This document shows positions 8,901 through 17,563 of a stretch of 64,000 bases of DNA, in pieces. A program made the translations under genes and the position numbers. Position 1 is the first letter of the stretch. The number at the start of each line of letters is the position of its first letter. Source of the DNA: an uncultured Candidatus Saccharibacteria bacterium (lineage in GTDB: Bacteria; Patescibacteriota; Minisyncoccia; Phycocordibacterales; JACOZG01); NCBI GenBank assembly GCA_965230925.1, contig OZ246403.1, positions 458,455 to 522,454 of the forward strand. The letters are read 5' to 3'. Below the pieces are notes generated by a model that was not told the DNA's origin, made no database searches, and saw only the letters and a list, made by a program, of their open reading frames with translations.

Positions 8901-11900
8901 ACGGCCAATCTCTCAATGGCTACTGGTTTAATTGGGGTACTGGTTTCACCGGTTGGCAAACCAGCTCCACCTTAGAGCGAGTGTTTACTTCCGTTGGTAC
9001 CTATGTAATCAAACTTTGGGTCAGGGATACTTGCGCAACCAACAACGTTTCTCCTGTTGATGAACTCTCGTTGATTGTTAATAGCTCCGGACCTTCTAAT
9101 ACCGCTCCTGTGATTTCTGGATTTACCGCTGACCAGTTCTCTGTTACTTTGCCAAACAGAACCGTAACCTTAAGCGCGCAAATTTCTGACGATCGTTTAC
9201 CCAATCCGCCCGCACAAATTACCGTAGACTGGTCGCAAGTCGGGGGGACAGAAATTACCACCTTTACCAATGACCCTCAGGTCAATTCTACTGGCAATTT
9301 CACCGCAACTAGCGTTGCTACCTTGCCCAATGTTCCTGGTCTTTATATTTTGCAAGTGTCTGCCGCCGATGGTTCAGCTTTGCCAGCTGCCACGAGTCAA
9401 ATTCTCGTGATGGTAAATTCTCCGCTTCCTACTAACCAGCCTCCAGTGGTTACTGCTTCAGCCATGCCAGCAGAAATTTCTTTACCACTGAATCAGGTTG
9501 CTCTTGCGGGTAATTATACCGATGATAACTTGCCCACAGGGAGAACCATTACTACGACGTGGTCCGTTGATGAGGCGCCACAAGGAAGTTTTGTTCTCTT
9601 TGGTAACCCAGCTGCGCTTAACACCACGGCTACCTTTTCTCCTGTTGCCGGGACTTATAAGCTTAAGTTAACCGCCACGGAATTCCTCAACGGAAGCCCT
9701 GTTCTTTCTGGTGTTTCTGTAGCCACTGTGTTGGTGAACCCAATTACTGACCCCTGTATCGGCAACACGCCACCTTCCGCTAACGCCGGTTTTGACCAAA
9801 GTGTTGCTGAGGATTCATTGGTTAGTTTCAACGGTACTTTGTCGGCAGATGTTGGTGGTTCCATTTCTACCTACTCCTGGAACTTTGGTGATGGTGGTAC
9901 TGGAAGCGGAGCAACACCCACCCACATTTACACCACTTCCGGAACTTATGTCGCCACTCTTACGGTGACTGATAATTGTGGGGCCACTCATTCTGATACC
10001 GCAACCATTGTTGTTACAAGTTCAGCTCCCGCCCAGATTCCCCCAAGGGTTAATGCCGGCGTTGATCAGTTTAATCTTTCTTTTCCCACTACCGTTTCTT
10101 TGAGCGGAACGGTTTCTGGTTTTCCCTCGGGCTACTCAAAGTTGTGGACTAAAGTTGCGGGGCCAGGAACAGTTTCCTTCAGTTCCCCTAACAGTTTACA
10201 GACCACTGCAACGTTTTCGTCGGCCGGTTTCTATGCCCTCAAATTAACTGTTACATCTGGAAGCCTTGTGGTGTCAGATATCGTTGAGGTTATCTTTAAT
10301 CAAGCGGTATCAGTGAGCGCTGGTGTCGATAGATCCCTAAACTTGGCTACTAGCAATCATCAAGGTTCACTCACTTTCGATGCCTCGGTTACTGCCAGTG
10401 ACCCGTCACCATTGTCGTATTCTTGGTCACAGGTATCTGGTCCCCAAGCCTTAACTATTACTAATAGCCAGGTTCTCGATGCGACAGTCAGCGCTAACAA
10501 GGCCGGTACTTATGTTTTGCGCCTAACCGTTTCTGGTCCTGGAGTTGTTCCTTCAAACGATACAGTCACCTTGTCAGTTAGAGACCTTGAAGCTGGGTCT
10601 AATCAGAATATTGTTTTGCCTGCTTCGGTTGCTTTGTCGGGAACGGCAAGTAATTTTCCTACAGGTACTACTTATCAGTGGACACAGTTTTCTGGTCCTG
10701 CTGGTGGTTCGGCTTTCTCAAGTCAAAATAGCTTAAACACAAACGTCAGTTTTTCTCAGAGTGGGACATATCAATTGCGCTTAACCGCGACGCCTCTGGG
10801 GGAGTCTCCAATCTACGATACAGTACAAGTTGGTGTTGCTGTTGTGGGGAGTTTGGGGGTTGATGCTGGTTCTGACCAATTGAACACAACCTTCACTTCC
10901 CCGTCAGTTACTAGAAATCTAAACGGTGTTGTGGTTAATGCTCCAGTTGGTACCACTTATAAATGGACAAAAGCATCTGGGCCTTCTGGTGGTGCTCAAC
11001 CGACCTTTTCTCCAAGTGATGTGGTTTTGAACCCCGTTGTTACCCTGTATCAAACTGGAAGTTACACGTTCCAACTCAAAGCCACTCCGCCTAGTGGGCT
11101 TGCGGTATTAGATACGGTGTCTATTACGTTTAATGTTAATCCAACCAACATTTCGGTAGAAGCTTCACCAAACTATTTGACTTGGCCACAGAACTCTACG
11201 AATCTAAACATTAATTTTTCCGACAGTAATCCCGAGAGTGTGAGTGGTTTGTGGACTCAGTTTCAAGGGCCAATTGGTCAGGCAAGCTTTGCTAGCCCGA
11301 ATTCGTTTGACACCACGGTTACTTTTGGACAAGTTGGGAACTATGATCTTCGAATGACTATTGATGATGGTTTGGCTTATGATCCTCAGATTACTCGAGA
11401 AGTTAAGGTCTACCCGGCTTGTGGTGTTGGTAATCAAAAACCAACAGCCTTTGCGAGTGCCGACCAGTGGGTTCAGGTGAACCATGGTGTCGCGCTCTCA
11501 CCCTTTTCTTCTGTTGGTATTGGTTCTGCTGGATACACACCTTCAACTGACAGTGATGGCGTGATTACCAGTTATTATTGGGATTTTGGCGATGGTTCTT
11601 TCAGCGTTGAGGGTAGTACGAACCATTCTTACACCCAGGTTGGTACCTATAATGCTACGCTTACTGTGGCTGATAACTGCGGCTTGATTGATACTGAAGA
11701 AGTGGTGGTCCATGTGGTACCAGTTAATCCAGGTGCGTTTAATCCAGTTTTGAAATCTTACAGGCTAGAAGCCTATCACCCGGCTACTGGTGAAGAGGTT
11801 TGGACGGAACTTTCCGGATCAGTTGTTTCTGTTGAAACTGGAGATTTGTTACGTCTCGACCTTTTGTCTGGGGCGGGAGGTATTGGACTTTCCACCTGGA

Positions 11901-13081
11901 CAATCGGTAATCAAAATGTGGAGATAACGCAAAGTGGGTTGGTGCAAAAAGTGAAGTTTCTCTCTCCTAGTTTATTGACCAATCCAGCCAGTGTAATGGT
12001 TTATCCCGATGATTACAGCTCCTCTGTTGTTCTGAGTAAAAACTTTGACGTCAACAATGTAATGGACGAAGTTGGTGTTGGTCCGGGGATTCATCTTTCT
12101 GCTAGGGAGATGACTGTAAATGAAAATGGTTCCTTGGCTTGGGCTATTCATAGTGAGCCAAATCCCTGCACTCCTGGTGATACTTTTGGCCCACAGTGTA
12201 TGACCTTAACCCAGCTCGATTTGAGTGACGAGGATAATATTACTGTAAATGAATATATGCCAAACACAATTTCTAATCCAACTTCCCTCGCCTATTCTCA
12301 TGACCATCTTTACCTTAGAGATGGAATTAATATTAAAGTTTTTGGTGTTTCTGCCAACTCCGCTCCCCAATATCAGGGAACTTATAATTTAGGAAACTCC
12401 TCTACTGGTGGAGTTTATAAAGGAGTGGCCGCAAGGGGTCAAGTATTGTTCTCTACGGCAGGAAACCTTGGATTGAAAGTGCTCGATTTAAGACAAACAC
12501 CAACTCTTTCTCTTTTAGGTCAGACTTCATTGCCTGGTGGAGAGGTGGCAAATGTCCTCTTCTTAGATGGTAATAAGCTATATGTTGGTGGCGCTAACAA
12601 TAAAGTTCACATCTTCGACATATCTTGCTTGGGTGATTTAGAGGCGCCAAGTGCTTGTAATCCAAACATCATTGGGTCTGTGGATGTTGGTAGTAATATT
12701 AGTTTCTTAGCCAAGACCGGGTTTGGTGGTCATGATTATGTTCTGGTTTACACTTACTCTGGAGTGAAGGTTTATGATATTACTAACCTGGGTCAAATTG
12801 TTCAGGTAGGAGAGTTTAGTCCGTATCAAGTGTTTGGAGCTAATGCAACTGGGGTTCTGGCTTTTGGCAACAAGTTATATTTTGGCTTTAGTCCAACCAA
12901 CCTTAATTATGGAACAAGTGTTGCTCGTATAAACCTTGCAAATCCAAGTGAGATCTATGCCATGGAATGGATTTCTACGCTAACGGCCGGAGGTAATAAG
13001 CAAATGATTCATCAGAACGGGAAGCTCTATGTAACGAGTGATACCAACGATATTATTATCCTTGATTTGCTAAACGAATAG
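5909..13081 (+). CDS. Giant secreted PKD/Ig-repeat surface protein with C-terminal LVIVD-like beta-propeller
   Basis: Signal peptide (VEA|QA); about 14 WxxVSGP-type PKD-like domains and 5 W(N/D)FGD-type PKD domains counted by eye; C-terminal GLKVLD, VHIFDI, GVKVYDI and IIILDL repeats. Confidence 0.85.
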   Translation: MIVKKVLGIFFVLALSLTVVEAQAVNSSPHSQGGLIWELLSRINQISLLSQAGCSTNTPPAPSISVPVNNFSGVVGTPVSFSGSATDSGGSISITSYSWNFGDSTSAGGTSANHVYATPGQKTVTLTANDWCGASGSTNISITINSSTPTNAPASVNAGADQNISSLGFPTVNLNAAVTDDGLPNPPGALTYTWQQVSGPAGSVFTGASTLNPSVALMGFGTYVFRLTVWDGAVQSYDEVSVTANQSANNPPTVNAGTDQSVVFPASATLSGSVSDDNSANPYRVWTKTSGPGTVTFSSPSSNSPLATFSGVGVYVLRLTANDGFLESFDEVTVTVNSQTNTAPTASAGSDRSVTGSTGPFVFTINNTASVYDDGLPNPPGSVTQTWTKVSGPGTVTFTPSNTTLRPTVSLSLAGTYVLRLTASDSVLSDDDEMTVTVNQPNNTPTVDAGPNRTIYSYQTNSASLDGTVNDDGLPNPPGALATTWTKVSGPGTVTFANASSVDTTATFSQAGTYGLRLTVSDGSLSANDTMTVFYWQNNPPTANAGPDQNLSFPQAPAIVPLSPSASNPDGLPVGGQLHFDWIKVSGPGNATFSNSGGTWPPNSSPSVTLSQFGSYILRLLISDGSTSLGGLSSSDDVAITISSGGNVNTPPTVNAVAEPAIITLPTSQVLLNGTVADNNLSLVSYLWTKVSGPTTGSTIVSPTQVDTNVTFTQAGTYKFKLTVNDSGVPPFNNISSPEVTVTVNPVNQCAGNLPPLVSAGPDRTATAGVLITLTGSSSDPNGNNTITNHAWNFGDGSATFNAPNAVAMHTFAVAGTYNVTLTVTDGCHSVSDETQVVVAPPQPSNQAPQAGLLTANPSVLALPLNTLNLSVPITDDLLPAPHSVTTTWSQVSGPATGTTFNPPVSQSALASFTATTAVTLPSVSGDYVFRASISDGSGLPAVIREVTVALGPPVAGPCDNNQAPTANLTGPTTGLVGQTLTFSADGSTTGSNGMNENGQSLNGYWFNWGTGFTGWQTSSTLERVFTSVGTYVIKLWVRDTCATNNVSPVDELSLIVNSSGPSNTAPVISGFTADQFSVTLPNRTVTLSAQISDDRLPNPPAQITVDWSQVGGTEITTFTNDPQVNSTGNFTATSVATLPNVPGLYILQVSAADGSALPAATSQILVMVNSPLPTNQPPVVTASAMPAEISLPLNQVALAGNYTDDNLPTGRTITTTWSVDEAPQGSFVLFGNPAALNTTATFSPVAGTYKLKLTATEFLNGSPVLSGVSVATVLVNPITDPCIGNTPPSANAGFDQSVAEDSLVSFNGTLSADVGGSISTYSWNFGDGGTGSGATPTHIYTTSGTYVATLTVTDNCGATHSDTATIVVTSSAPAQIPPRVNAGVDQFNLSFPTTVSLSGTVSGFPSGYSKLWTKVAGPGTVSFSSPNSLQTTATFSSAGFYALKLTVTSGSLVVSDIVEVIFNQAVSVSAGVDRSLNLATSNHQGSLTFDASVTASDPSPLSYSWSQVSGPQALTITNSQVLDATVSANKAGTYVLRLTVSGPGVVPSNDTVTLSVRDLEAGSNQNIVLPASVALSGTASNFPTGTTYQWTQFSGPAGGSAFSSQNSLNTNVSFSQSGTYQLRLTATPLGESPIYDTVQVGVAVVGSLGVDAGSDQLNTTFTSPSVTRNLNGVVVNAPVGTTYKWTKASGPSGGAQPTFSPSDVVLNPVVTLYQTGSYTFQLKATPPSGLAVLDTVSITFNVNPTNISVEASPNYLTWPQNSTNLNINFSDSNPESVSGLWTQFQGPIGQASFASPNSFDTTVTFGQVGNYDLRMTIDDGLAYDPQITREVKVYPACGVGNQKPTAFASADQWVQVNHGVALSPFSSVGIGSAGYTPSTDSDGVITSYYWDFGDGSFSVEGSTNHSYTQVGTYNATLTVADNCGLIDTEEVVVHVVPVNPGAFNPVLKSYRLEAYHPATGEEVWTELSGSVVSVETGDLLRLDLLSGAGGIGLSTWTIGNQNVEITQSGLVQKVKFLSPSLLTNPASVMVYPDDYSSSVVLSKNFDVNNVMDEVGVGPGIHLSAREMTVNENGSLAWAIHSEPNPCTPGDTFGPQCMTLTQLDLSDEDNITVNEYMPNTISNPTSLAYSHDHLYLRDGINIKVFGVSANSAPQYQGTYNLGNSSTGGVYKGVAARGQVLFSTAGNLGLKVLDLRQTPTLSLLGQTSLPGGEVANVLFLDGNKLYVGGANNKVHIFDISCLGDLEAPSACNPNIIGSVDVGSNISFLAKTGFGGHDYVLVYTYSGVKVYDITNLGQIVQVGEFSPYQVFGANATGVLAFGNKLYFGFSPTNLNYGTSVARINLANPSEIYAMEWISTLTAGGNKQMIHQNGKLYVTSDTNDIIILDLLNE

Positions 13082-13136
13082 GCAGCTAAAGATCTTTCTG
13101 CTATTCTGACTCGGCGAAGACTCTTCGCTTTAGTCA

Positions 13137-13207
13137 CGGGCTGTAGTATACCGGTAGTACGCGCCCATGGGGTGGGTGTAGACCGGGTTCGATTCCCGGC
13201 AGCCCGA
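13137..13207 (+). tRNA. tRNA-Pro(GGG)
   Basis: Acceptor CGGGCTG/CAGCCCG, anticodon arm CGCCC-atGGGgt-GGGTG, T loop TTCGATT. Confidence 0.93.
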
Positions 13208-13222
13208 AGGTTATAATTAGTT

Positions 13223-13630
13223 ATGATTCAACACTTAATCGTTATTGCGGCATCAGTGGTTGGTTTTGTTGCGGCTTACTATATTGCGCGGCAGAAGGCG
13301 AGAGGGGAGAAGCTTGTGTGTCCGCTTGATGCTAATTGCGAAGCGGTGGTGCATAGCGACTATTCTCGTTTGCTCGGTATTCCGCTTGAGTATCTGGGCT
13401 TAATCTATTACGGACTAACTTTCCTAGCGCATGTTTTATTCCTCTTTTTTCCAGTCTGGTCAGAGGGGGTTTATCCTTCGATTCTGAAATTGGTGAGCGG
13501 AGGAGCCTTTCTTTTCTCTCTTTATCTCATTTGGGTACAATTTGCCAAGCTTAAGAATTGGTGTTTCTGGTGTATGGTTTCTTCGGCCGCAACTTTGGTA
13601 ATCTTTGTTTCCAGTTTTTTTCTTCACTAA
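13223..13630 (+). CDS. Vitamin K epoxide reductase (VKOR) family disulfide-formation protein
   Basis: CPLDANCEAVVHSDYSRLLGIP, WCFWC redox motif, four TM segments. Confidence 0.92.
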   Translation: MIQHLIVIAASVVGFVAAYYIARQKARGEKLVCPLDANCEAVVHSDYSRLLGIPLEYLGLIYYGLTFLAHVLFLFFPVWSEGVYPSILKLVSGGAFLFSLYLIWVQFAKLKNWCFWCMVSSAATLVIFVSSFFLH

Positions 13631-13679
13631 TTTTTGCTAGGATGATTTTGCGGGCTTGCCACGCCGAAGCGTAGCGCAG

Positions 13680-13753
13680 GCGGGATTAGTTAAATGGTAT
13701 AACGTCGGTTTTCCAAACCGAGGTCGGGAGTTCGATTCTCCCATCCCGCACCA
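13680..13753 (+). tRNA. tRNA-Gly(TCC)
   Basis: Acceptor GCGGGAT/ATCCCGC, anticodon arm TCGGT-ttTCCaa-ACCGA, encoded CCA. Confidence 0.95.
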
Positions 13754-13844
13754 GAGAATCGAAGGCCGGAGCGCGGCGGCGCGAGGCGGGGTCGCGGGCC
13801 GAGCCAGCAGGCGAGGACCTGTGACCGATTCTCCCATCCCGCAC
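13733..13844 (+). repeat. 19-bp direct repeat of the tRNA-Gly 3' end flanking a GC-rich mini-element
   Basis: CGATTCTCCCATCCCGCAC at 13733-13751 and 13826-13844. Confidence 0.9.
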
Positions 13845-13849
13845 TCGAT

Positions 13850-14986
13850 ATGTCAGTTACCAAAGATATTAAAAAACTGCGAACTTGGATTGAGGTAGAC
13901 ACCAAGGCTTTGGCCCATAATTTTCGTTTGTTTCGGAAATTTATTGGTCGCAAGGTGCAGTTAATGGCTGTGGTGAAGTCTAATGCTTATGGACACGGCC
14001 TGGTGGAGACCTCACAAGTTTTTGCCAAGCTCGGGGCTGATTGGCTTGGTGTGGATTCTATGACCGAAGCGATCGCTCTACGCAAGGCGGGGATTAAAAC
14101 GCCAATTTTGGTACTCGGTTATACGCTCGCGGTGCATTTTGATGAGGCGGCGAAGAAAAACATTACTCTTACAGTTTCTCAACTTGAGTCAATTAAAGAA
14201 CTGATTTCTTGGTCAAAAAAGCCCGGTAAGACAAAAATTAATGTTCACCTTAAGGTTGATACTGGTATGCACCGGCAGGGTTTCTTGCTCGGAGATTTCG
14301 AGCGGGCCCTCAATGAACTTACCAAAGCAAAACGAGTGGTGATAACTGGTTTGTTTAGTCACTTGGCTTCTCCAGGACATGAGCGATTTAGAGATAAAAC
14401 GGTGGCTCAAGGTGAGGAGTTTAAAAAGTTTCAAGCTTTGGTTTCTGTGCATAATTTAAAAGTCATGAGCCATTTAACTGCTACTGGTGGAACAATGGCG
14501 TATCCGGAATATCACTTTGACCTCGTGCGGGTTGGTTTAGGTATGTATGGTCTGTGGCCCACAGAAGAACTTTCGGTCAAAATGAAAGAGGCTTTTTCTC
14601 TCCGACCAGTTTTGAGTTGGAAAACAATTGTGAGTGAGGTTAAAACTTTGCCTAGTGATGGCGAGGTTGGGTATGACTTTACTCAGGCGGTAAAAGCGGG
14701 GACTAAGCTTGCCGTTTGTCCCATTGGTTATTGGCATGGTTTCGCGAGACATTTATCAAACTGTGGTCAAGTGCTTGTTCGTGGAGTAATTGCGCCGGTG
14801 GTGGGACGTATTTCTATGGATATGATTGTTTTTGATGCCACTAATATCTCGGAACTCAAAGTGGGAGATGTGGTAACTCTGATCGACACTAATTTAACGG
14901 CCACTCATGTCGCCAATTTGATCAATACTTCAGCTTACGAGACAATTACCACGCTTAACCCGCTTATTTGGCGTTTGTACCGCTAG
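13850..14986 (+). CDS. alr: Alanine racemase
   Basis: AVVKSNAYGHG (PLP lysine), VHLKVDTGMHRQG, VRVGLGMYG, VGRISMD. Confidence 0.96.
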   Translation: MSVTKDIKKLRTWIEVDTKALAHNFRLFRKFIGRKVQLMAVVKSNAYGHGLVETSQVFAKLGADWLGVDSMTEAIALRKAGIKTPILVLGYTLAVHFDEAAKKNITLTVSQLESIKELISWSKKPGKTKINVHLKVDTGMHRQGFLLGDFERALNELTKAKRVVITGLFSHLASPGHERFRDKTVAQGEEFKKFQALVSVHNLKVMSHLTATGGTMAYPEYHFDLVRVGLGMYGLWPTEELSVKMKEAFSLRPVLSWKTIVSEVKTLPSDGEVGYDFTQAVKAGTKLAVCPIGYWHGFARHLSNCGQVLVRGVIAPVVGRISMDMIVFDATNISELKVGDVVTLIDTNLTATHVANLINTSAYETITTLNPLIWRLYR

Positions 14987-14990
14987 AGAC

Positions 14991-15024
14991 AAAAAACACT
15001 CCGCCGGCGGCGGGGTGTTTTTTT
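14991..15024. terminator. Bidirectional intrinsic terminator between alr and hup
   Basis: AAAAAACACTCCGCC-ggc-GGCGGGGTGTTTTTTT. Confidence 0.85.
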
Positions 15025-15036
15025 GTGGGGGAGAAG

Positions 15037-15318
15037 TTATTTTACCGCATCCTTTAAACCCTTGGCTGGGCGGAACTTCGGAACTTTCATCGCCGCCACT
15101 TGAATCGATTCTCCGGTCCGAGGATTCCGAGCCGTGCGAGCCGCCCTTTGCTTGGTCGAGAAGATCCCCAGCCCAGCAATCGAGACCTCACCGCCCTTTG
15201 TGAGGGTGGTAACGATTGAGTCAATCAACGTGTCAACCGCTTGTTCGGCTGTGGTTTTGGTCCCGCCAATCTTCACATGAATTGCCTCAATCAAATCTTG
15301 TTTATTCATATTGGCCAT
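15037..15318 (-). CDS. hup: DNA-binding protein HU
   Basis: MNKQDLIEAI, GLGIFS, RAARTARNPRTGE, PKFRPAKGLKDAVK; start 15318 or 15309. Confidence 0.95.
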   Translation of the reverse strand: MANMNKQDLIEAIHVKIGGTKTTAEQAVDTLIDSIVTTLTKGGEVSIAGLGIFSTKQRAARTARNPRTGESIQVAAMKVPKFRPAKGLKDAVK

Positions 15319-15433
15319 TACTTGGCTGCTAAAGTCGACCACACTTAGGCTGAATTATATATTTTGAGCCATTTATCCGCAACCACCCTTTTCGATAGAA
15401 CGACTTTTTGCCCCGGAGTCAATTTTTTTGAGT

Positions 15434-16963
15434 TTAGCGGGCGTATTCTGTAGCGCGAGATTCACGAATGGCGGTGATTTTGATTTCACCAGGATATTTC
15501 AACTCCTTCTCGATTCTAAGGGCAATCTCTCTCGCGATGCGGCGGGTTTCTAGGTCGGAAATATCACCCGGTCGGACGAAAACACGGAGCTCTCGGCCAG
15601 CTTGGATGGCATAGGCTTTCTCGATCCCAGAGAAGGAGTTGGCAATATCTTCAAGATCCTTGAGGCGTTTGAGATAATTCTCAACGCTGTCGCGTCGAGC
15701 GCCTGGTCGGCCGCCAGAGATGGCGTCGGCCACCTGGACGATGATGGATTCTATCGTTTCATACGGATACTCTTCATGATGAGCCCGCATGGCTTTAATC
15801 ACATCCTGACTCACGCCAAATTTTTCAAGAATCCGAATGCCAATTTCCACATGAGTTCCCGGTACTTCATGATCAACCGCCTTGCCGATATCGTGGAGCA
15901 GGGCGCCAGCTCGGGCCACTTGAGGATCAGCGCCAAGTTCTTCGGCGAGCATACCAGCTAGGTGACTCATCTCTATTGAGTGTTGTAAAACGTTTTGACC
16001 ATAACTGGTGCGAAAATGGAGACGACCGAGGATAAGGAGGATTCGCGGGTCAAGATTGAAAACACTGGCTTCGTAAGCGGCTTGTTCACCCTTCTCTTTA
16101 ATCGTTTGAGCGACATTGTTTTTCGCTTTTTCTACGGCCTCCTCAATACGAGCTGGATTAATGCGGCCGTCACTCAAGAGTTCCTCGAGCGCCACCTTGG
16201 CGGTGTGGCGTCGCACGGGGTCAAAGGAGGAGAGGACGATCGCTCCGGGGGTATCGTCAATAATAACTTCTACACCCGTCGCTTTCTCAAAAGCGCGAAT
16301 GTTGCGACCCTCTTTACCAATAATTTTGCCTTTCAAATCATCAGTTGGAATGGGAACCGTGGTCGACATGACCTCGGGAATATTGTTTGCCGCTAGGCGC
16401 TGAATGGTGCTAGCAAGAATGTTTTTTGCTCGACGCTCGAGTTCATTACCCGCTTCGGCCTCAAGTTTCCTGATGCGAGTTAGAAGATCTTCCTCACTTT
16501 CCTTAGCGGCAGTAGAGAGGAGTTCGGCTTTGGCGGCATCGTGAGAGAGTTTGGCTACTCGCTCAAGTTCTTCACGCTTGGTTTGGTCGAGGGCGACCGC
16601 TTTTTCCTTTAACTGCTTCAATTCTTCAGCCTTGTGTTTCAATTCTTCGGTTTCGCGGTCAACATCGGTTTGCCGCTTGTCGAGCAAGTCTTCTTTTTTT
16701 ACGATCCGTTCCTCGCGCTTTTTTAGATCAGCATCCTTCTCTTTTTCGTTTTCCTTAGCTTCTTTCAGTCTGGTTTCTGCTTCCATTTCGGCCTTTTCTG
16801 TAATTTTTTGGGCTTGGTCTTTGGCCTCAAGCATCATTTGCTTGATTGTGACCTCCATTGACCCTTTCTGGCTCAGAGTAATAAGCCATCGCAGAAAATA
16901 ACCGAAAATAATTCCGGCTAATGTTCCCGCACCACCAATGAGTAAAATCAGAGTTAAGTTCAC
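15434..16963 (-). CDS. rny: Ribonuclease Y
   Basis: N-terminal TM, coiled coil, KH (KGKIIGKEGRNIR), HD (LLHDIGK), ADAISGGRPGAR. Confidence 0.97.
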   Translation of the reverse strand: MNLTLILLIGGAGTLAGIIFGYFLRWLITLSQKGSMEVTIKQMMLEAKDQAQKITEKAEMEAETRLKEAKENEKEKDADLKKREERIVKKEDLLDKRQTDVDRETEELKHKAEELKQLKEKAVALDQTKREELERVAKLSHDAAKAELLSTAAKESEEDLLTRIRKLEAEAGNELERRAKNILASTIQRLAANNIPEVMSTTVPIPTDDLKGKIIGKEGRNIRAFEKATGVEVIIDDTPGAIVLSSFDPVRRHTAKVALEELLSDGRINPARIEEAVEKAKNNVAQTIKEKGEQAAYEASVFNLDPRILLILGRLHFRTSYGQNVLQHSIEMSHLAGMLAEELGADPQVARAGALLHDIGKAVDHEVPGTHVEIGIRILEKFGVSQDVIKAMRAHHEEYPYETIESIIVQVADAISGGRPGARRDSVENYLKRLKDLEDIANSFSGIEKAYAIQAGRELRVFVRPGDISDLETRRIAREIALRIEKELKYPGEIKITAIRESRATEYAR

Positions 16964-16966
16964 ACT

Positions 16967-17554
16967 CTAACGACTGCTACTAGGTTTGATAATTTGGTCA
17001 ATGAGACCATACTCTTTCGCTTCCTCGGCCGACATGTAGTAGTTCCGGTCAGAGTCTTTCTCAATTTGCTCCAGTTTTTGGCCGGTATTTTTCGCCATAA
17101 TACGGTTTAATCGATCTTTGATCTTGAGGAGCTGTCTGGCGGTAATTTCAATATCTGACACCTGTCCCTCAGTGCCACTCATCGGTTGATGAATCATCAT
17201 CTCGGCATTGGGCAAGGCAAAACGCTTACCCTTAGCTCCCGAGGAGAGCAACATGGCTCCAGCCGAGGCGGCGAGACCGACGCAAACCGTAGAAACGTCG
17301 GGCTTTACATGGTTCATGGTGTCGAGGATGGCAAGACCCGAGGTGACCTGACCGCCAGGGGAGTTTACGTAGAGGGTGATATCTTTCTTAGGGTCTTCTG
17401 ACTCTAGGAAGAGAAGTTGGGCAATAATCAAATTGGCCACATGATCATCAATGGGTCCGCCAAGGAAAACGATCCGCTCCTTCAAGAGGCGGGAATAAAT
17501 GTCATAGGCACGTTCCCCAAATGACGATTTCTCAATAACGGTTGGAATTAACAT
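16967..17554 (-). CDS. clpP: Clp protease proteolytic subunit
   Basis: [31 protein letters not shown]. Confidence 0.98.
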   Translation of the reverse strand: MLIPTVIEKSSFGERAYDIYSRLLKERIVFLGGPIDDHVANLIIAQLLFLESEDPKKDITLYVNSPGGQVTSGLAILDTMNHVKPDVSTVCVGLAASAGAMLLSSGAKGKRFALPNAEMMIHQPMSGTEGQVSDIEITARQLLKIKDRLNRIMAKNTGQKLEQIEKDSDRNYYMSAEEAKEYGLIDQIIKPSSSR

Positions 17555-17563
17555 AATGCGGGA

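Noticed and set aside
5721-13207. Genomic island bounded by a duplicated tRNA-Pro
   Set aside because: These are two complete, different isoacceptors with different 3' sequences, not an attL/attR pair.
13637-13953. Three ORFs over the tRNA-Gly region
   Set aside because: They overlap the tRNA and the GC-rich element and have no protein-like features.
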